DNA of 31,553 bases from a virus (Duplodnaviria > Caudoviricetes): positions 1 to 31,553 of the IMG/VR virus record IMGVR_UViG_3300044262_000068; one strand, 5' to 3'. Positions 25,312 to 31,553 of this stretch are shown here, piece after piece. Both the position numbers and the translations under genes were made by a program. Every line of letters begins with the position of its first letter. Position 1 is the stretch's first letter. The notes under the pieces are model-generated. The model was given only the letters and a program-made list of their open reading frames with translations. It was not told the DNA's origin and ran no database searches.

Positions 25312-25346
25312 AAAAGAAGAGAGGCTCACGCCTCTCTTTTTATTTT
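25312..25346 (+). terminator. Rho-independent terminator, probably bidirectional
   Basis: AAGAGAGGC-TCAC-GCCTCTCTT followed by a T-rich tail, with an A-tract on the 5' side; lies between convergent operons. Confidence 0.85.
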
Positions 25347-25437
25347 AGATACACCGTAAAAAACAACCACAAAATCAATGCTATTATAGTACAAGAAACC
25401 GATCCTATAAACACCATTATGACAAGTCTGGCTTTAG

Positions 25438-25761
25438 TCATTTGTTATACACCCGAAGGTGCCTCCTCTTCATTCGTTTCATAAACCTGTGCAAGGAGGG
25501 GTTAGTTAGCTCGTGCTCTATGGGTTCGATGAGTTTGCACAGGGCGAGTAAGTTTTTACGATTCGAAAGTATCCATACCCAGCCTCCGTACTGCCTGTAC
25601 ACATGACCGCCGAAGACAAGAAGCTTGTCGCACTGGGGCTTGTACTTCGAGAAGAACCATAAGCGGTCGTGTACTTTACGCCTTCCATGAACATAGTGTC
25701 GGGAGAACTGGACGATCAGCTCTAAAGGACTCTCATTTCCACTTCGGGGGGATCTGCCCAT
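25438..25761 (-). CDS. Small basic protein resembling a degenerate LAGLIDADG domain
   Basis: LLVFGGHVYRQYGGWVWILSNRKNLLALCKLIEPI resembles the LAGLIDADG C-terminal half; no signature helix. ATG 25761 has a GAGG RBS. Confidence 0.45.
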   Translation of the reverse strand: MGRSPRSGNESPLELIVQFSRHYVHGRRKVHDRLWFFSKYKPQCDKLLVFGGHVYRQYGGWVWILSNRKNLLALCKLIEPIEHELTNPSLHRFMKRMKRRHLRVYNK

Positions 25762-28094
25762 CGTTGCCTCACTTTGGTGTCTGCTTTCCATTTGACTTGG
25801 GGTAGATGATATTGACCTTTCTCCTCCATAACCCTCTTCACATAAGGCCACACCTCCTCTGCTTCATCCTCATCTACTTCAACAAGAATGCTGTCATGTA
25901 CTAGAAGAAGAACATCGAACCCTTCTTCCTCCAGCTGGCATCCCGACAGGAGAGTGAGGTCGCTTGCGGTGCCCGCAACAGGTGCATGTACTGCTGCCTT
26001 GCGAGCATCGTCTTCGTTCGCCTTCGTAATGATCTCTATATGACGCCTGCGACCGAAAGGTGACTCGACGTATCCGTGTTCGTCCAGAAACGCGAATTGG
26101 TCTTTCCTGAACTGAGCTAAGCGGGGCATCACCTTGTTGTAGTTATGAACGAAGTCCTTCGCGATCTTCAACGGGAGTCCCGCGTCCATGGCGAAGCTGA
26201 ACTCACTTCCTCCGTACAGGTAACTGAAGTTGAACATCTTCGTCCGCATACGTTGTTCTTTCGTCCACCCAGGCCCATACATTGCAACTGCAACTTCTGT
26301 ATGCAGATCGCGATCGTGCTCATACACGTCCAACAAGAAAGGCTCCATCGCAAGTACTGCAGCCACCCGTAGCTCTGCTTGTGAGTAGTCAGCGTCTACA
26401 ATCACTTTCCCAGGGCGGGCAACGAAGCACGCTTTGATCATGGCACCCCAAAAGCCTTTGTTATCTTTCTCGCTCTCGGCTCTTGGGATGGTCTGCAGTG
26501 CAGGATTGCGCGCGGAGAGTCTTCCAACCTCGTTACGATGCTGCAAGAAGGTTGTGTGTACACATCCGTCCTGATCAAGGCTCTCGTAGATGTTGTCTGC
26601 ATACGACTGCTTCATTTTGGCTACGCGACGGTATTCCAATAACTTGTCGATGAATGGATGCTTTCCCTGCATCGCCTCGATTGCTGCATGATTGGTTGAT
26701 CTGGGTTTGAGTCTCCTGCTCTTCTGTTCAGGAAACCCCAACTCATCGTAAACTACAACAGCCACTTGTTGGGGAGATTGAAGATTCAGCTGTCCGGGTT
26801 CTCGTCCGATAATCTGACACGCTTCTGATGCAAGTCGATCCATCTCCGATTGCATGTAGTCTCTCACCTTCATCAGGTAATCTACATCGATCTTGATACC
26901 ACGAAGCTCCATACGGACGAAAGCGTTCGAGGCTCTCATGACAATGTTCTGGAACGGCCAGTCGTATCGCCCCTGTGCTTCCAACTTGGCGCCGAGGATT
27001 TTACGGAACTCCAGAGTCATGTAAACGTCTATGACACCGTACTTCGCAAACGGCTCAAACGGGATCTTGGAGTACCGATCATTCCGAGTTGCAAGGTATT
27101 GCTTGATGAGCCTATCCTCATAGTCAGGTATTCCGAAGTACTCTGTAGTCAGCTCCTTCAAGCCATGCTCTCCGTTCTCGTCCAGAAGATAGTGAGCAAG
27201 CATAGTATCGAAGTCCAAATGAATGTCGAGCCCCAAATGACTCTTCAAGAAGACTTGGTCGAACTTACCGTTGTGACCTACAGTACGTACCCTATTGAAG
27301 AACTTCTGCAACACCGGTATCGCTTCTGGAGTGTCGTAGAGCATAACGTCATCCACGACTACGTTTGTAAGACCCCAGATCGGGTCGTCCCACGCAATCT
27401 GCAACATGAGAATCGGATCACCAGGCTTCCCGAAGTAATCAACATACCAGCGAGTCTGATCCGTTTCGATGTCGAACGCGACCCATGAGTCGTCAGGACA
27501 TGCTTTGAGGAACGCGGCCAGTACACCCACATCCTGTATATGGTTGACTGTGGGCTCGAGCCATTCAGGATTGATCACAGGGGGACCGAATACAATTCTT
27601 TCGATATCAGCAAACAAGTACTTGCTGTCGCCAGGACTCCGAAGTAGGTACGCTGGGTGGTACGTATGTGATGCTTTCCTGTCGCCCCAATCAAACACCA
27701 CACCACGATCATAGTTCTGCATGCCAAGCGCGTCAGTGGCTACTTTGCCGAGGGCAAGCACAGGGCCTTGTACGTCTTCCAACTCTTCTTCGAGTCTCGG
27801 CATACAAGCAAGAACCTCTGTGTAATGAGGTTCCCGATTACCTGGAGGGCGACACATTACAACGTTCGTCTTGTACACATCTTCACGATCTACGTTTACC
27901 TTCTGTAAGGCGTAGTCAAGAAGCGCTCCGCTGGGTCCTACAAAAGGTTCTCCTCGATCTACCTCAACCTGTCCAGGACCTTCACCTACTACAACAAGAC
28001 GAGCATCTTTGGGGCCCGAAGGGGGAACGACAGGACAATCGATTAACGAACATTCCCAACAACGAGCCCCACTAAGTTTAGATGTAGAGTTCAT
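25722..28094 (-). CDS. polA: Family A DNA polymerase with N-terminal family-4 uracil-DNA glycosylase and 3'-5' exonuclease domains (SPO1-type)
   Basis: UDG: CWEC, GEGPG, PFVGPSG, CRPPGNR, HPAY. Exonuclease: FDIET, HNGKFD, YGVID. Polymerase: DYSQAELR, R...KMFNFSYLYG, VHDS. AGGAG spacing favours ATG 28094. Confidence 0.95.
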   Translation of the reverse strand: MNSTSKLSGARCWECSLIDCPVVPPSGPKDARLVVVGEGPGQVEVDRGEPFVGPSGALLDYALQKVNVDREDVYKTNVVMCRPPGNREPHYTEVLACMPRLEEELEDVQGPVLALGKVATDALGMQNYDRGVVFDWGDRKASHTYHPAYLLRSPGDSKYLFADIERIVFGPPVINPEWLEPTVNHIQDVGVLAAFLKACPDDSWVAFDIETDQTRWYVDYFGKPGDPILMLQIAWDDPIWGLTNVVVDDVMLYDTPEAIPVLQKFFNRVRTVGHNGKFDQVFLKSHLGLDIHLDFDTMLAHYLLDENGEHGLKELTTEYFGIPDYEDRLIKQYLATRNDRYSKIPFEPFAKYGVIDVYMTLEFRKILGAKLEAQGRYDWPFQNIVMRASNAFVRMELRGIKIDVDYLMKVRDYMQSEMDRLASEACQIIGREPGQLNLQSPQQVAVVVYDELGFPEQKSRRLKPRSTNHAAIEAMQGKHPFIDKLLEYRRVAKMKQSYADNIYESLDQDGCVHTTFLQHRNEVGRLSARNPALQTIPRAESEKDNKGFWGAMIKACFVARPGKVIVDADYSQAELRVAAVLAMEPFLLDVYEHDRDLHTEVAVAMYGPGWTKEQRMRTKMFNFSYLYGGSEFSFAMDAGLPLKIAKDFVHNYNKVMPRLAQFRKDQFAFLDEHGYVESPFGRRRHIEIITKANEDDARKAAVHAPVAGTASDLTLLSGCQLEEEGFDVLLLVHDSILVEVDEDEAEEVWPYVKRVMEEKGQYHLPQVKWKADTKVRQRWADPPEVEMRVL

Positions 28095-28311
28095 ATAACA
28101 CATACTCCTGAGCCTCGACTAGTGAGCCAAAGAATCTCTCTGACCCTTTTGGAGCTATGATCCAAATCTGGTCGGCTTTGAGTGAACGGATAACAGCAAC
28201 CGCATCGGGCAGTTGCGCTGCGTCATTGGCGACTAAAACACACAGCTTGTTCTCTCTGTCATATACTATGTGAGCGTACGACTCACTAGTGCCAAAACTA
28301 ATTACTGGCAT
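28078..28311 (-). CDS. Hypothetical protein (77 aa)
   Basis: Fills the gap between the TGT-like gene and polA with short overlaps; start MPVISFG. Confidence 0.55.
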   Translation of the reverse strand: MPVISFGTSESYAHIVYDRENKLCVLVANDAAQLPDAVAVIRSLKADQIWIIAPKGSERFFGSLVEAQEYVLYELYI

Positions 28312-29047
28312 TGGGGTAGTTCCAGACAAGCGACCAAAGAGTGTTGACGTTGTTGTAAGCCAGTGCTGTGTCAAACTTACGGCCCCAAGTATGTGACACA
28401 TGATCGATACGTTCAGATGACAGTGTAATGCCGTGTTGGGCAAGAGCGAACGGAAGAGCTGTGTCGATGCCTCTTACCCAACTCCTGAACTCTCTCAAGG
28501 ACGCTATCTCGGACCATGGATCATCCCAGATACCCAACAAGTGGATATGGTACGTGGTGTGCCAATTGAGTTTGTGCACTAGTTTGAGAATGCCTGCACG
28601 TCCTCCCGGAAACCTCTCAGCATGTTTAGGGATGCATAGAGTTGCGAACTCCATGTTGCCCGCCAAGAGGTTTGCGCAAGCCCACCACTCATGAACTGTG
28701 TTGCCTTGTGGAACCACTGCACGCATCTTAGGCGGGACAGCATCAAGCACTTCAGGGTTAGTTGACGCTCTGAATGTTGCAGCGCTGTCTCCCATAACAT
28801 CAGGAAGCACAATCTCGTCAGCGTTGATTGCTTCTGCCGCTTTCATCAAGTCGCTTAGAGACAGGGTTCCTTTCTCCGCTGCTCCATTGTCCATAAGTAT
28901 GAACTGACCTCTTTCGGAGGCTTCGCGGTAGAAATCTCTGTATGCTTTACTTTGTAGCACCTCCGCTGCCAGCACGAGATGATACCCCATTTTGAACATC
29001 TCGACAACCTTGAACCCTTTCGGGTCAGTAATGAGGGCCAGTTTCAT
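28298..29047 (-). CDS. TGT-fold protein, putative DpdA-type 7-deazaguanine DNA transglycosylase
   Basis: ILMDNGA, LPDVMGD, VVPQG, HIHLLG and RGIDT follow the TGT motif order; adjacent to folE and queE. ATG 29047 has a GGAGG RBS. Confidence 0.7.
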   Translation of the reverse strand: MKLALITDPKGFKVVEMFKMGYHLVLAAEVLQSKAYRDFYREASERGQFILMDNGAAEKGTLSLSDLMKAAEAINADEIVLPDVMGDSAATFRASTNPEVLDAVPPKMRAVVPQGNTVHEWWACANLLAGNMEFATLCIPKHAERFPGGRAGILKLVHKLNWHTTYHIHLLGIWDDPWSEIASLREFRSWVRGIDTALPFALAQHGITLSSERIDHVSHTWGRKFDTALAYNNVNTLWSLVWNYPNASN

Positions 29048-29049
29048 TC

Positions 29050-29616
29050 TTACCTCCCAATTAGATTGAGGAATTCTCTGCGAGCCTCTCCTGCAGTTAG
29101 AAAGACCCCACGCATTTCGGATGTCCTCATGACTCCATTGTGCTCGCGAATGCCTCTGGAACTCATGCATGTATGTGTCGCCTCGATGACTACAGCTACA
29201 CCCATGGCCTCGAGTTCGTGTTTGATGAACGAGGCAATCTCTGCAGTCAGCAATTCTTGAGTCTGAGGGCGGCATGCGAAGTGGTGGACTATACGAGGTA
29301 TCTTGCTAAGTCCTACCATGAGTTTGTTGGGTACGTAGCCAACATGAACCTTCCCAACAAACGGAAACAGATGATGCCTGCAGATTGATGCGAACTCAAT
29401 GTTGCTGACAGTGATGAGTTGATTGACGTTGGCAGGGAAGGTCGTGACTTTGAAGTCCATCTCCTTTTTAGGAGAGAACTCTCTCATCGCCCTGATCCAT
29501 CTCTCAGCCGTTCTAGCTGCTCCGTCATCCCAGGCATCGTGCCCGAAGATTTCTACTAAGAAATCTCCTAACCTGTCGAGCATTGGTACCTCTTTGTGTT
29601 TGCGTCCTTTCGCCAT
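29050..29616 (-). CDS. folE: GTP cyclohydrolase I
   Basis: TAER, FASICRHHLFPF.G.VHVGY.P, GLSKIPR, RPQTQE, EATHTCMSSRG. Confidence 0.95.
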   Translation of the reverse strand: MAKGRKHKEVPMLDRLGDFLVEIFGHDAWDDGAARTAERWIRAMREFSPKKEMDFKVTTFPANVNQLITVSNIEFASICRHHLFPFVGKVHVGYVPNKLMVGLSKIPRIVHHFACRPQTQELLTAEIASFIKHELEAMGVAVVIEATHTCMSSRGIREHNGVMRTSEMRGVFLTAGEARREFLNLIGR

Positions 29617-29619
29617 GAT

Positions 29620-30276
29620 TCACCTCACCTTTAGTGTGTATTGCAGCCGCCAACCAAATCGGGTTGGCAGGTTGTGGAAATCGATTTCGCCGTCGGCACC
29701 CTTCAGGTACTGCATCGTCTTATGGATTGATGGTGTTTCTGGAGGACACCCTTCAGGCATGAGTACGATGTGAATGCGCGGATCGCGTCGCTCGTAGAAC
29801 ATGTAGTCGATGCCTTTTTGAATGTCCTCAGGTTGAATGACATCATCGATGACGTACTTGACTTCGTCGACAATGTTCTTGATCGCCATAGGGGCCTCGA
29901 ACCCTAGATTCTGTTTAGGTGACCACGTCACCCATCGAGGTCTGATTTTACCTTTGAGAGCGTTCTGACCTGAGGTCTCGAGTTGCGTGTTCAGGTTCAA
30001 CTCGTGCAGAGCTGCCAAAAGAGGGTCGAGGTTCCAGTAGGTAGGCTCGCCGCCTGTGATGACAACATGTTGGTTCCCAAACGATTCAACAACCTTTACG
30101 ATATCTTCCAAGGTGTAAAGCTCCCCTCCCTGTGCCCATGTGTACTTAGTGTCGCACCAAGGGCAACCCACAGTACACACCTGTAAGCGGATGAAGGTGC
30201 TTGGTACTCCAACCAAGACACCCTCACCTTGAACGCTACTAAACATCTCGTTGACACGGTATTTTATTGTTGTCAT
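29620..30276 (-). CDS. queE: 7-carboxy-7-deazaguanine synthase (radical SAM)
   Basis: EMFSSVQGEG...G.PSTFIRL, CTVGCPWCDT, VVITGGEP, LETSG, TWSPK. Confidence 0.93.
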   Translation of the reverse strand: MTTIKYRVNEMFSSVQGEGVLVGVPSTFIRLQVCTVGCPWCDTKYTWAQGGELYTLEDIVKVVESFGNQHVVITGGEPTYWNLDPLLAALHELNLNTQLETSGQNALKGKIRPRWVTWSPKQNLGFEAPMAIKNIVDEVKYVIDDVIQPEDIQKGIDYMFYERRDPRIHIVLMPEGCPPETPSIHKTMQYLKGADGEIDFHNLPTRFGWRLQYTLKVR

Positions 30277-30878
30277 GATGCACCCTTGAACAGTTCTCTC
30301 ATGATTGGGAAGATGATTACGGACAGTGCTGCAAGGGGTTCGCCAACAGCAGATAGCGCTCCCACCATAACGCGGAACAGTTTGTGGGGTAGTATCTCAG
30401 CCATAGGCAATACGATTCCTGGAGGCATGGCGCTTAGATCAACGAACTGTCCAAAGCGAATGATGTCCACAGACATCCCATCGAAGTAGATATCGATGCA
30501 TACGGGGATAGCAGCCATAGCAATGAATAGAAGGATTATTGCAATGTGCCATCGCTCTCGGATCGAGTACATAACCATGCCAACCAGTGCCAGCACAACA
30601 CCAGTGGTGCCCAAGGACATGAACCAACCCATTCCTTCATTGTTGTTCATCATGTGGGTCGATGAGAACTTGCCTGTAACTGCATCCATGCCTACAAGAG
30701 CTATGAGTGCGGTGAGAGACAAGGCGAACGATGTCAACGCAATGATATGCGGACCCAATCCGAAGATCGTATCCATTGCAGTGCTCGCATTACGTCGGTA
30801 TCTGTCCTGGTATTGCCGTTGCTGGTTCTGTTGTTGCTGTGCGTTGTTATTGTACGGACGGTATGTTTGTTCAGCCAT
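30273..30878 (-). CDS. Membrane protein (about 4 TM) with a Q/N-rich N-terminus
   Basis: Four hydrophobic segments; NNNAQQQQNQQRQYQ leader; AGGAG RBS. Confidence 0.7.
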   Translation of the reverse strand: MAEQTYRPYNNNAQQQQNQQRQYQDRYRRNASTAMDTIFGLGPHIIALTSFALSLTALIALVGMDAVTGKFSSTHMMNNNEGMGWFMSLGTTGVVLALVGMVMYSIRERWHIAIILLFIAMAAIPVCIDIYFDGMSVDIIRFGQFVDLSAMPPGIVLPMAEILPHKLFRVMVGALSAVGEPLAALSVIIFPIMRELFKGAS

Positions 30879-31143
30879 CGTTTTCTCCTTCTCCAGCTAT
30901 GATCCTCTTACATAGCATGGCGTATCCGATAAGATCATCCCAACTATCGATCTTATACGGGTCGTGCAGTATCCGAATAAGTTTAGAAAGTACCTGGATC
31001 CAGTCATGGGAAAGTTCTGGAGCGTTTGCCAGCATCTCGCCCAACGGTTTCTTCAGGACTCCAAGGACAAGACCGGTAAGGTAGTGAGCATTACCGTAGC
31101 TCTTGCCCCTTTCATCTAACAATTGTTGCGTTTCTTTTGGCAT
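30871..31143 (-). CDS. DUF6378-like small helical protein (nucleotide-modification associated)
   Basis: ERGKSYG...KL.RI.......DSWDDLIGYA pattern. Confidence 0.65.
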   Translation of the reverse strand: MPKETQQLLDERGKSYGNAHYLTGLVLGVLKKPLGEMLANAPELSHDWIQVLSKLIRILHDPYKIDSWDDLIGYAMLCKRIIAGEGENDG

Positions 31144-31552
31144 CGTGATTCTCCAAATATCTTATGGCGCTTGAGAGCACTACAACGCTATCTCGGAACC
31201 TTCCCAATCCATGGTTGCAAGCATTGCACAACAAACCCCGAGGCTCCCCCGTCGCATGGTCATGATCGACTACTAACGGAACGTCTTTAGTGACACAGAT
31301 ACCACAAGCTCCCCCCTGCTCTTCGAACATACGATTGAAGTCCTCAATAGTGATGTTGTACAGGAGTTTGTAGTTGGACTTGCGATGCACTTCCTTCCTG
31401 CGTTTATCTTTCTTGCGTCGCATGTAGTACTCTTTGTGGTCTCTGCGTTCGCAGTCCTTGCACTTACTAGCAAAACCGTCTCGTGATCTGCTTCTCACAG
31501 ACCAGTATTCAGTCGTTAGAGGCAGCTCTCTCGGGGGAGAGCAATGCTTGCA
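31112..31552 (-). CDS. Endonuclease VII-like HNH nuclease (5' end off the window)
   Basis: Y.ITIEDF..M...QGGACGIC...VDHDH.TG..RGLLC..CN.GLG.F.D. The frame stays open to the window end (CKHC...). Confidence 0.85.
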   Translation of the reverse strand, partial: CKHCSPPRELPLTTEYWSVRSRSRDGFASKCKDCERRDHKEYYMRRKKDKRRKEVHRKSNYKLLYNITIEDFNRMFEEQGGACGICVTKDVPLVVDHDHATGEPRGLLCNACNHGLGRFRDSVVVLSSAIRYLENHDAKRNATIVR

Positions 31553-31553
31553 A

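Noticed and set aside
25375-25415. Promoter in the convergent intergenic gap (TATAAT-like at 25383-25388)
   Set aside because: No good -35 element and no gene to drive; an antisense promoter cannot be supported from sequence alone.
5660-28094. Introns, inteins or stop-codon reassignment in terL, capsid or polA
   Set aside because: All are continuous, normal-length ORFs in the standard code with no intein motifs.
29048-29275. N-terminal extension of the 325-aa ORF 28298..29275
   Set aside because: It overlaps folE out of frame, and a GGAGG RBS supports ATG 29047.
1-31553. Host assignment or prophage status
   Set aside because: No integrase, att site or flanking host genes in the window, so host and lifestyle cannot be determined without searches.

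Overview
This window is a 31.5-kb piece of a tailed dsDNA phage genome (Caudoviricetes, siphovirus-type gene order, standard genetic code) with four parts. (1) 1-2344 (-) is an early or accessory region of small genes, including two paralogous MerR/excisionase-like HTH genes and a very acidic protein. Two of its intergenic gaps fold as self-cleaving ribozyme candidates of different classes (minimal HDV-like at 1279-1333; permuted twister-like at 1904-2005), each ending just before a Shine-Dalgarno site. Its two promoters carry phased GTGA-N6-TCAC boxes. (2) About 2440-3160 is non-coding: five palindromic boxes at a 23-24 bp period, then a CpG-free tract of 11-bp repeats. It lies downstream of a (-) operon led by a protein with seven tandem HTHs. 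(3) 5166-25309 (+) is the morphogenesis operon: terS, terL, portal, scaffold, capsid, neck, tail tube, a -1 frameshifted chaperone, tape measure and tail tip or fibre genes. It has two unusual insertions: three glycosyltransferase-like genes before the tail tube gene, and a stand-alone HD-GYP phosphodiesterase before two membrane or holin-like genes. (4) 25438-31553 (-) holds replication and DNA-modification genes: a UDG family 4-PolA fusion, a TGT/DpdA-like protein, FolE, QueE, a DUF6378-like protein and an endonuclease VII-like HNH protein. All calls come from motif recognition and synteny by eye; no searches or folding programs were run.
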